A stretch of 53,954 bases of DNA, the filler included, from Sphacelaria rigidula (Eukaryota), in the NCBI GenBank assembly GCA_964200075.2. It is 5 parts of 5 records of this genome, joined end to end, with 100 filler letters (N's around TTAATTAATTAA, not from the genome) between each part and the next. Parts side by side here need not be neighbours in the genome. Positions count along the whole stretch, not along the records: positions 1 to 10,712 come from CAXNAA020006040.1; 4 more parts are not named here. One strand, 5' to 3'. Positions 1-10,812 of this stretch are shown here, one piece after another. How positions within the stretch are numbered: position 1 is the first letter of the stretch; each line of letters starts with the position of its first letter. A model generated the notes under the pieces. The model did not search any database, had not been told where the DNA came from, and worked only from the letters and a program-made list of their open reading frames with translations. A program made the translations under genes and the position numbers.

Positions 1-56
1 GTCACAGACGTAGGCTCGCCTTCCCAATACCGTCCCTGCTATTCCTTACCAGACAT
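1..56 (-). mobile_element. Fragment of high-copy LINE/SINE 3' end (family A), cut by the contig start
   Basis: gtcacagacgtaggctcgccttcccaa...ctattccttaccagaca is nearly identical to 7070-7122 and overlaps copies at 32269-32335 and 47133-47240. Confidence 0.75.
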
Positions 57-198
57 GTTACCACAATAGAGAAAAAATAGGAAGAGCGACGCCACGAAAA
101 CCGGTATGCGCATTAGAATCATGTCCCGAAAGCCCATGCTGGAAAATGACCCGTTTAAACACACGCATTTTTTCAGAAGACACGCAGGGCTTGGTTAA

Positions 199-1049
199 CC
201 CGTAGACCGCGAGATTAGTCTTTCTACTTTTTTTCGCTTGAAATTGATGCCGATTCAACAGAAGACTAACCTCGCGGTCTACGGGAACTCATCCTGAAAA
301 AAGTCAAGATATCATGTCACAGGGATCAGCATGCCATTGGAGGGAGATCGGCATGTGTACAAGTCTCAAATTTAGAGAGCACAGAGAGTGTGCTTCATTT
401 CATGAGAAACGGTCGAGAGTTGAGGGAGGGGCGATAATTTGCCTGGATCTCGAATACTGTTGAGATGGGTATAATTCGGCCGTTTCATCATATTTCCGGC
501 AAGCATGAATACGAATAAAAGTTGACCGTTGTCTCTCCATCGTTTCGGCACCAAAAAGACCCGAGCGCAGCACAGCGTACTGGCACGCTGAAGAACTCCA
601 CCGCGGGCTATCGCATGTCGCTGTGCAGGCCCCATCACTCTCGGAGTCAGGGAAGGCGTGGCCTGCTCACGCTTTCTTCTGTTCGAGCAAGCCAGGATGA
701 TAATTTGAACCCAATATTGTGGTCTCAAAGAACCAGGCGACGGGATACACGATGGGGACCCCACTTTGGATCGGGAAGTGACCATGCTTTACTACGAGGC
801 CACAAATACTCATGATCGAACAACATACCACTTCGTTTCTCTCGCAGCTGCACCCTTTGGCCGTGAGGGTAGACCACCTTCTGGACCGGCATCAATATTC
901 ACTTGAGAAAAGGATCCGTGATCCAGATGGAATACCCGCACCGCGGTTTAACCCTTAGACCGCGAGGTTAGTCTTCTGTTGAATCGGCATCAATTTCGAG
1001 TGAAAAAAAGTATGCATGGTCCAGAAAGACTAATCTCGCGGTCTACGGG
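199..1049. mobile_element. piggyBac-like non-autonomous element made of two inverted ~90-100 bp palindromic modules (199-285, 952-1049)
   Basis: Ends read TTAA|CCCGTAGACCGCGAG...CTCGCGGTCTACGGG|TTAA, with TTAA at 195-198 and 1050-1053. The two modules are reverse complements of each other. CCC/GGG ends with TTAA TSD are piggyBac hallmarks. Confidence 0.65.
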
Positions 1050-4000
1050 TTAACCGAAGCTAACCCCCACTCATGGCCATCACGTAATTTTCGGGCAAGA
1101 CGGGCGCAGATGGCGCCCTCGGCGGACTATGTCCTGTAAGAGCTTGAATATGCAGCGCAGACTGGAGCCAAACGCCTGCTTCACAAGCTGGGCGTCGTCT
1201 CAAAGAGAATGACGTGACCACAGAGTTGCGGTATCGTCACACTGTTGTCATCAAGTGTAGGTGTGCTGTGCTTCAAGGAGGAGTTTCTGTTTCATTCACA
1301 TGGAAGCTGTTGCTCGCAGTCCTGTCTATAAAAGAGCATATGGGCGTGACGCATCAACGCGGACACGTCTTGGCATCGCCATAAAAGCATAGATATGTAA
1401 ATTACACTGCCGTGAAATGGAGCGTCATCATCACCTCTCTTCGTCCCCCTCTACCACGGTACATGTAAGGCCTAGATCGAGACAGTGAAATGGAGATATG
1501 AAATGCACGTTATTTTCACGGGGTTTGTTCGCGGAGGAGAAGAGAAAGATATGATAATGGATACCCTTGTACCTACTCGTACAGGTACAGGTGATAGCTC
1601 GTGGCTTCAGAAAGGTTCCGTGGCCATCTCTTTGTGGTGCGTATCTTCGTATCTTTCATACGAACTATACCGCCAAAAGATACGTTTTCAAAAGGTCGTA
1701 CGTACTGACCTTGTGATTGTCTCGCGACGATGAACGCTATACTGGATTTGCCCATGGCTCATGAAGAGGAAGAGAACAAGAAAACCACTATTATCCTCAC
1801 GCGTAGCCTTTGAAAAGAATGACGGCTTCTTTCAAGAACGAGACAGGGGCTTTTACGGCGCGTGGCGTTCATGGTTGTGCATCTGGACCTCTATGGCCAG
1901 GTACACGGGACACCAAGAAAATCGTTCTTTTCAGCAACTGTCTAAAATGCTCTCTCGAACTTGAGAGGACCAGGGTAGTTTTTTTTTTCACGACTAAAAA
2001 CAAGTTTTCTGTGCCCATCCTGTACTGTTGTAGGAGATCCAGACGACAACACATGAGATTTATTCCCTACAGAGCGAGCTCATATGAGCATGATGCTTTG
2101 AATCACGGACGCAAGGTCAAATATTGTGAACACAGAGAATCCTCACAAGCATCTCTGCGCCCTGTTCGTGCGGCTGCGATAGAAGCTCGCTACCTTCCCC
2201 GAAACGAGCAGAGGAATCGGAACAATTGCCTTCGGGCGACCTTCGCCCTATTAGCACCATTATATACCGATAGAACACAGTGTACTCGTTTTTACTGAAG
2301 AACGATCCCAACGTGCTTGCAGTAGGCCTCGACTGTTCACCACCGTGAGGATGGAGTCATTTATTGAATCGGCATCATCTCCACTTGAATAATGAATACA
2401 TGACCAATACGACCGACCCTGGCGGCCGAAGGGTCAGGACCAAAGCGGACCGGACAGCGGACAACGGACACATCTACCCTACGGTTGTCACCATAGACAA
2501 CACCGACATCGATGGCGATATGATGCCAGGATGGAGAAAAACCCATCGACAAAACGGTACTACCATTTATTCACCGCTTCAATATTTCTGTCGAGGTGCG
2601 GAGTTTTTACAGGCTCTTTCGCGTCGTGTTTTGTACGTTCAAATGTGTGCGCGCTGAAGAGAACTGTGTATCACTTTTTTGGGTGTACTACATTGCTGAG
2701 ACATTTTATACATTCAATTCAAAGGCAGAGCGAGCAAAACAAACCATGTGTACTTTTGTAAGGGAACTCAATGCAAACGAGAACACTGTACTGTATCAAA
2801 TGCGGACATATTACAAGAAGATGGAACACAAGAGATGAGGGAGGAATGGTGTGAGACTTACGAGCTTAGTTTTTTTCTTGAATACGAGACTCCCGAACCA
2901 CGAGAAAACAAGCGTGCGCTTCTGGGTGCCTCTTTGCCATTCACTCGGCGCTTACTCAATTTCCACTTATTTTAGTGCACTGCAAATGATTTCATCTCTT
3001 GGCTCAATCAGCACGGCGCAGGGCTTGAGATGCAAGACCTTTTTCACCTCTGGTACTCTGTCCTCTCCATCTTTCGGTAGGGCACACTCGAAGGCACACT
3101 CACATGGCAAGAGCGGATTCGCCAGCAGTAGCAACAACCGAACGCCGCTTGGCAAGCTGTAATGTACCATCGATTACCAGAACAAGAGCTCTTCCTCACT
3201 TTTCTTCTTCGCTTCGCTGAGGTGCGGGGCGACAACACGGCAGCGTGAGAGAAAAAAGCGAGAGGAAAGAGGCCAGATACATGGGCCTGGCAACTGTATT
3301 CACCATCTGTTCATTCAATAATGAAACTCCATCAACAACAACCTAATCATCAAAAGAGACAAATAAGGTGTGCGCTGCCAGGGGCTCATCATTTCTCAGG
3401 GTTTTTCTCTCTAGCAGCGGTGCTGATGTGCGAAGCAAGGGAGATGGGACAATCTTGCCGCAGTGGGCGGTTAGCGTAGACCCGGGGGGGAAAACATTAT
3501 CCAACATCAGACGTCAACAGGATGACCTGTGGCACGCAGGCGCTGGCCCCTACACTGTAAACACATGCCTCCGCACGTTGACGCGTCTCTTCTTCAGATC
3601 CACAAGCCTTGACTGAACGGAGATGTCAACAGAATGCCCAGCCAATTCCAGCGGCAGTACACGGTCCCTCGATAATAGTGTTGTGCCCGAGTATGCTGGC
3701 TGAGTATGTATGTGCGCATCCTTAAATCATTTCACTCCAGGACATTCTTCATGGGTGTGTCTATTACACAAGATGGACTGTAGATGGATCGGACGCGAAC
3801 CACGCGCACTGTCACTCGATGAATTCTTGGAGTAACTTTGAATTCGAAAAGAAAAAGGGTTGAACCGAAACCCAGACTCCTCCCTCGAAAAGTGAATGAA
3901 GCTCCCCACGGCAGAGACGTGTGACGTGTTGGGGATGTGCCATCAGTCTCGTGGGGGGCTTTATATAACAAGAAAAAAACATCAAGAAGAATGGATACTG

Positions 4001-7000
4001 CAAAAATGGCAAAAAATAGACCGAAATCGCGACACATCTCGAGAGAGCCTGTCGTTTTTCGCTGATTCGTTCGTACGTGAAAACGAGGCTACCGAAGTCC
4101 GATAATCGCAACGTCGATACACCGGAACCGTTCTTGAAAATGAACGCCATATCTCAAGGTAGGTTTAAACTCACCGAGTGGCCGACGTTTTGCGTAAGCT
4201 TGCAGTTTGTTCACCAAGCCGGGGCGAAACCTCCCCCAACTTTCGCTGGAGTCTCGCGAACCAACTATGACTCTCAACAGCAAGGCGCACCGGGCGCAAT
4301 TCGGGACGAAACAAATGTGCCGCCGCAAGTCCAACACGGCCACCCTCCTTTTGGCAGCGTTGTTGACAACGGTTCCTCTATTGCCTCAGTCCTCTTGAAA
4401 TAATGACTTAAATCTGAGAGTAGTGTACGCATCAAGTACCTTATGCTCCCTGCCCGGGAAGGTAAAGCGCCGGTTTACTATCCAGAAGATGAGGGCTGAA
4501 AGAAAACGAACAGGTTTGTCTGGCTGTTTGTATTTTTTTGTGAGTGTACTCCAGTAGGTTGGGATCAGACACGTGCGGTAAAGATAGAAAAGCGGCGGAA
4601 AAAAATATGATGATGTTACAACTCAATACAGAACAGTATATAAGTAATACCGAAGTCTCTCGGTTGGTCGATGCCAGCAGCCACTAAAAAGATCTTGAAA
4701 ACAGACGAAGGTAGATGGAGAAGACCCAACCATTATATAGCAAATGTTCGGGTGTTTGTCCCAATTCGGCGCCAAAATATCCCTGGTTGATATATTTTTA
4801 AAATAGTCCTGACACTCGCGCTAACATGAACCCCGTCCAAGGCATAACGAGGACCCTCGGACGAGGGGTGCAAAAACATTTCGTGGACAACAAAGCGTTT
4901 GTTGGTAGACCTCGGACATGGGGGTGACGAAGGGTGTTTGGGTAGACCTCAATTCAGGGGCGGGCACCGAATGTACGAAAACTCGTCCCGCACACTCGGG
5001 ATTGTCAGCCCCAGTGAAGATTCAAAGATCCGTGCTGACCTCGTGCTGACAGTTGACACCCATTCCAGATTATATTTACCATGAATATCTCCGGGTTGAA
5101 CTGAGACGAACTTCACTGAGGGGCTGGTTGTAGCAGCTCGTTGCTCCGGAAGTTTCCCCTGAGAAGTGACAGTCATGTTGGAAGATACGAAAAGATACAC
5201 TACTACAAGAGACAAGCTTTCATGAAGGTTCAATATATCATCATACTCCGTGGAAGCATCCGGAGAGTACTGTTTATCGTGCGAGGATCTACCTTGTGCA
5301 GTACTGGGGAAGAAGCTATACGTGACTTACATAGCCCAGACTACGGTCACTGGCGGCGCGGAGTCTGCCTAAATTGCTTCTTCGGTCGGTGCTGGAGATT
5401 TTCATGATATTTTTGTTTGTAATTATTTTGGGGGTCGCTGAATCGGCATCAACTTTACTCGAGAAAAGTAAGCCTGATCCAGGTGGACTACCCTCGCAGC
5501 CCAGGGGCATCCATTTTTTTAGAGTTCCCGACTTCGTAGAGAACAAAACGAAGACTCCCCTGAAAATATGACTAAGTAATAGTTGACTCGGAGAATCCAG
5601 CGTTGGATCGTTTTTTTCAAACTCTTTTTCCTAGTCGGACAAATTCAAGAAAAGGTCGATAACGTCTGCAGATAACCGACCCTGTTTTTCGCCCATATAC
5701 CACGTCGGTAGACCTGCAATCGGAGAAAAGCGCCCGCTAAATACATTGCGGACACACTCTACGAATATCAGCAGCAATGGCACACAGTACTGTAGTACGG
5801 TATTATATAGTACAGTACAGTAGTCCGCACAGCACAAAAGTGACGGATGCCGCGAAAGCCCCCCCAAAAGCAGTAGAGTCCTCCCGTAGAACTCATGAAG
5901 TTGAGCTACAATCTTCTGCTACCTAATGGTTGATACTACTCGATTCGAGAATATCCAACAATCAGATCCTACGGGGGCTTGACAGTCCCGTGTGCTTCTA
6001 GAGGGCGCAGAACGCGTCTTCGTCCAAACCGTCCACAGTGGTGCTACTGTAGTAGAGGTGTCCATTTTAGGTCTACCAACGTCACACTTTGCATAGGGAA
6101 CCCCACGCACCTCCTTCGGCTGAGGATTCTCGGTATGCCTCGGATCTTCCGAAAAGTAGCTGCTTTGAGGATGCAAAGTCTAAAACATGTAAATCGAAAT
6201 AATATGATAAGCCAAGCACACCGACCAGCTACGACTACAGGTATCTAATGCATCGGACCGCCGTTTTACCCAATGCCGCACATATCCAGTAGGCGCTGCA
6301 TTCAGTCTGAAACTATCATGCGGTACATGACTTTTCTTACTGACAGTTTTTGGGACTGGTTTGGGGGGGAAGAAATACCGCGGTACCACTCAAGAACTGC
6401 GATGGTGAATGGGGAGTCGGGCCACAGGCTTCGAGTTCCCCGAGGCTGATTCGAGAGTCCAAAGTGGCGAAAGTATAGCTCAGGTCTACGGTCATTCCTT
6501 CCAGTCCGTTACGCTAAAAACCGCATGAAAATAAGTACACACAGACAGTATACAGTACAGTATTGTTCGAAGAATATGCACGTGCGGAAGCTGAATGGTG
6601 TGCCGGAACGATTCGACCCGTCGTGTTCAAACGGGCTCAATATTGCCTGTGCGGAACGTATTGTCTATAGCCTGATGTGCCCATCAAGTAGGAGACACAA
6701 GGCACGTTCCCAATGCAGGGCATACTCTTTGCTCCCTGTCTGATCCTGAAAACTCGACGAAATGAGGACGGGAACATAGCAAGCTGGTGCTTCGTGCTTT
6801 CCAACCTTCGCGTTCCTTTTTTATACTGTTTTGACACGCGGGCACAAGACACTGGCCCAGAAGAATTCAACCTCGGTGATCATGAAGACTGCGGCAGATT
6901 CGATGGAAGGCACGCAATAAACATAGATCGCGTACCACACAACAACTAAGGTGCTCGGTGTGTAGAACACACGGGAATTGACCACTCTGCTGTCGTCAGA

Positions 7001-7023
7001 GAAAATTACCAGGAGTTTTTGTT

Positions 7024-7122
7024 TTATTGTTATTATTTCCGCACATTAGTCCGATCTCGCGAACCCGTGGTCACAGACGTAGGCTCGCCTTTCCAANNNN
7101 NNNNNCTATTCCTTACCAGACA
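7024..7122 (-). mobile_element. LINE/SINE 3' end (family A) with (AAT)n-like tail; contains a 9-N assembly gap
   Basis: Minus strand reads ...tgtgaccacgggttcgcgagatcggactaatgtgcggaaataataacaataaaa, matching the other family A copies. Confidence 0.75.
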
Positions 7123-7377
7123 CATTACCAAAAAAAAGAAGAAAAAAAAAAGAAGAGGAGTAACGGGTCAATATCGTACCCTCCAACGTCGAAGCTGGGA
7201 ACATAACGTAAACATACCTCTTCCTGTCTATAAATTAGCTGGTAAGGAAAGTTATCAACCGAGGACATTGCACCTTACCCGCCACCTGCAACAACATACA
7301 CCTGACACCGAGCCCACCCACCGGGTCCAACAGAAGGGACAAAGGATAACATCCAACACTTGAAATACACGGTAACA

Positions 7378-7755
7378 ATGAGTGACTCAGATGACATGAG
7401 CCTCCCCGTACCCTCCCGAGGCCGGGGTAGTGGGTCCCTCATGGGTCAGGGCAGTGTAACAGGTGGTCTATTTTCGGGTCTAAAAGCAAGCGGCCGCGGG
7501 GCCTTGGCCTCGACACTGGGCGCTGGGCGCACAGGCGGCGCCGCTGGCGCTGGGGGTCTCACTGGGGATAGAGGTAGCCGTAGGCTGATTATGACTGGAA
7601 GCAGACAGGGCAGTAGGCAGAGTTCTTGGAAAACGTCGAACGGGTCTAATAATGGCGCCGGAGTGGAGAAAGTCGGGGGAGAAAAAGTATGCATGGCCTG
7701 CGGGATACAGTTCACGTGGCGCCTTCGAAGGCACCACTGCCGCGCTTGCAAAAAG
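7378..7755 (+). CDS. First coding exon of a FYVE zinc-finger protein (Gly/Ser-rich N-terminus plus first half of FYVE)
   Basis: ATG at 7378. Translation ends ...KVCMACGIQFTWRLRRHHCRACKK, giving CxxC and the diagnostic R(R/K)HHCR motif. Phase-0 donor AAG|gtacgt at 7755/7756. The next exon was not identified in this contig. Confidence 0.85.
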
Positions 7756-9954
7756 GTACGTGTTTTCTGAGGTGCTCTTGACGATTGGCAGGTGAGCAGA
7801 CGGGAGGGGGGTGGTGTTTGTTTCGCTCCTGTTGAGGTGTTCAACTGTGCTGATGGTATGTCGGGTGGTCGGGGGTATGATGGGGGGGGGGGGGGGGGGG
7901 GGGGGGAGAGGGGTATTACCCTTTTTTTGCACCCCTCTGGGCCAGAACCCCACCCCTTTGTGAAAAGGGCTGACTAGCAGTATATCACCTTGTCTGAACC
8001 CGTCTGCGCATGAACTGCACAGCTGTATGAAACGGGCAACCTTGTCGGACCTGCACTCCCATCCGTGTAGTACCGCGAACTACAGTGTACTGCGAATGAA
8101 ATGTACGTGTACAACGATCCGTCTGGACGGCACTGCCGTTTGTACCGTGGTATTTCGTCGCGTTCTCTGTTCGTCTCCCCAATTCAGTTGTTCCTTGCCC
8201 ATTCCCATGGCATACCGCCGCGTCTCAGTATATGCAGTTGTTCCACGGCGTTGGTTGGAGTCTGCTCGTGCATGAAGTTGCCGTGAAAGCTCATGTTTTG
8301 TTATATTTTCGAGCTGCACCTGACCTCTGTTGTACTTTGTACTGATCTCATTACTAGACTTTGCAAGTCACTGTCTAAAGGTGCTATATTATACTCATAT
8401 TTTTCATGAACTCTTCATTTGCGGCTCAAGCTATTGTTTCGAAACAGGCTCGTCATTAGCTCAGTTTGTCAAATCGTATACGACGCGCGGCCCGGTGGGT
8501 GACTGCAGTACTATTTAGTGTATTCCCCTTTGCGTTGTAGGGTTAATGCCAGCGGTAAATCAATCCAGCTGAGCAGCTGAGCTGCCAGCACATCTGTATT
8601 TAGGCGTGATCAAGCCCGTGAGCAAATGACGACATGTCCAAGTATTCAATTTGAATCATTTTCAAACACCAACCGCAGTTCTTGAAATGTCTTCACGGAC
8701 ACGATTCAGCAGCGTATACAGACAGTACAATCTGAACTGCAACTTGCAGTGCTGTGACCTTCTGTTCCTGCATGGGCGCACACCCAGCACATGCAACTTC
8801 CCCCCGGTGTGGCGCCTAATTCACCAGAGAGAAATCACATCCCCGCCCAGAAGCACTCAAAACAATCCCCAATCAAAGGCAGCACCGGGAAGGCAGTGAC
8901 ACGAGTACGGCGTTGAACACAGTCATGAACGTTTGTCATTTCTACCCACACCTGTATCCGAGCTGGAAGCTCGTTTGGGTTACCGGAGAGGAATGGAGAC
9001 TGGAACAATAGTTTCTCAGAACACAAGTTCACGGTCCCTTCTGATGTCTCCGTTGTAGCTTGTGTTGAGGCTTGGGTGAGGTTAAGAATTTAGGTATGCC
9101 TTTATGACACGAGGAGTACATGCGCGAGAGAAAACAAGCACACACCAGGTATGTACGTGGTACCTACTGTTGTGTCTGTACAACACCAAGCTTTATCGTC
9201 ACCGTCATATATTATTTCAATATATGTTCCACAACGAACAAAACATTCTGGCATCAGATATCATGCTGACGTGATTGGTCGCTATCGAAAGTTCGGTGCG
9301 GTGCACTGCCGCCCCCTTCAGTACAGACAATGTCCTTCTACACGAGTATTGTAGTACTGCCGAATTCAGTTGGTTACGCCACGCACGCGTCGTCCATCTA
9401 CTCATATGGTCTTCCGCCTGCATTGCAAATCGCGCGGAGCAGTTAGCTTCTAGCTGCAGAAGTTGACGGTGTATCCAAACGAACGTAATACTGTTGCCCT
9501 TTTGTCGTAGATGAAAGGATCAAGAATACGAAGCCTGACCCGTGTTCATACCACTCTCGCCAACAAAGTCCTCCTCGTCGTCCTGCAACGTGGCATCGGG
9601 TAGTTGGGTTTGGCCTCATGGAGCATGGAACACATGGGGTGTACTTTTCTGTCTTGCCTGCCGTAGTGCACGTATTGTTTACGCGTCCGTACGTGTACTC
9701 ACTTGTACACTATTTTGAATTGGTGACCAATCAAAATGGAAATTTTCACTTCCTCAACTCCTGTTATTAGTTACTAGATCAAGAAATAATGTACTACGAT
9801 CTGATAGGTGGTCATTTTTCAATAACACTGATGAAGACATGACTGTCGACTCTTCTTCTCTTCATCCGCACGTTTTAGATCGAACAATGATTTGCCAAGA
9901 CACGGCCTGATAAGACATGCCCTGAGGCAGTGTCTACGCAGATCATTGTTGATT

Positions 9955-10092
9955 ACAAAAGTGCGGTGGAAAACAAGAATTCGGATCTGATGACTCGTGA
10001 TTGCAACTGTTGTCATTCATTTAAATCACGACCTATCAGATTCAAATATTCCTTTTCCATCGCACAATCTCGTTGTGAAGCTAATGTGCTAA
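9955..10092. repeat. Dispersed, partly palindromic repeat module (gtgcggtggaaaacaag...tcggatctgatg) that hosts Harbinger-type MITEs
   Basis: Homologous to 47985-48132 and 53175-53320, and in reverse to 53420-53500 and 53615-53670. Boundaries are approximate. Confidence 0.6.
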
Positions 10093-10267
10093 GGCCAACT
10101 CTTATGGGAGCGTTTGGAATTTTATTTTGCAATTATTTTAAATGACTTTTTTTTTCTTTGCCGTGGTTGTGTATTTTGTGCCCGTTCACCATGATGGCAA
10201 AAGAAAAAAAAAGCTCCTCTGAAATTGTTGGAAAATAAAATTAGAAACGCTCCCATAAGAGTTGGTC
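10093..10267. mobile_element. PIF/Harbinger-like MITE (family H1)
   Basis: TIRs ggccaactcttatgggagcgttt / aaacgctcccataagagttggtc, with TAA on both sides (10090-10092, 10268-10270). Confidence 0.8.
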
Positions 10268-10270
10268 TAA

Positions 10271-10712
10271 GGCCGGATGTTATGGCAACAGATCTTTGGC
10301 CCACAGATGTAGGAATCCTGGTGAAACAAATCCGGAGCAAATTTGGTTTCGGGAACGATGTTATGGCAGCACACAGATTTTCATACCATACTGTTCTGAT
10401 TTGTATACCTCCACCAGGGTAATTTTATGTTTGGCGTGTTTCAATAGTTCACAGTCCTGTAGATGTCTCGTGTGCTGTGGCGGGCTGTAGCAATGTAGCG
10501 TCACTGCCGCAGAGAGGTCATCACCACCCCACTAACACCAGTGCCGGTTCTTTCGAGCACATAAGTAAGCGACCATGCCCCCCTCGTTCTTGCTAAAGTG
10601 TGACTACTTCATCGAAGGATCGCAGAACTACTCGCCAGACAGCGACAGTGCGCATCACATATCTACTTTCTCAACGTCTCTGCAATGGTTTTGCCAGGAG
10701 ACCGACGAGCAA
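10271..10712. mobile_element. PIF/Harbinger-like MITE (family H2), truncated by the contig end
   Basis: Starts TAA|ggccggatgttatggcaacagat and is collinear with the first half of the complete copy at 48133-48957. Confidence 0.8.
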
Positions 10713-10812
10713 NNNNNNNNNNNNNNNNNNNNNNNNNNNNNNNNNNNNNNNNNNNNTTAATTAATTAANNNNNNNNNNNNNNNNNNNNNNNNNNNNNNNN
10801 NNNNNNNNNNNN
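10713..10812. other. Artificial contig linker N44-TTAATTAATTAA-N44
   Basis: Identical 100-nt spacer with six-frame stops occurs four times at ~10.8-kb spacing. Confidence 0.98.

Noticed and set aside
2364..2657. WW-domain-like MPGWRKTHRQNGTTIY
   Set aside because: It lacks the aromatic doublet and the second W-x-x-P, and has no splice support.
9511..9599. Next exon of the FYVE gene
   Set aside because: The acceptor is plausible, but no frame gives the expected (V/I)FCxxC...RVCxxC, and the phase-0 frame ends in a stop.
9828..9855. Hammerhead ribozyme cores at CTGATGA sites (also ~34296, ~43746 and ~50290)
   Set aside because: None has the required GAAA after stem II or the flanking stems.
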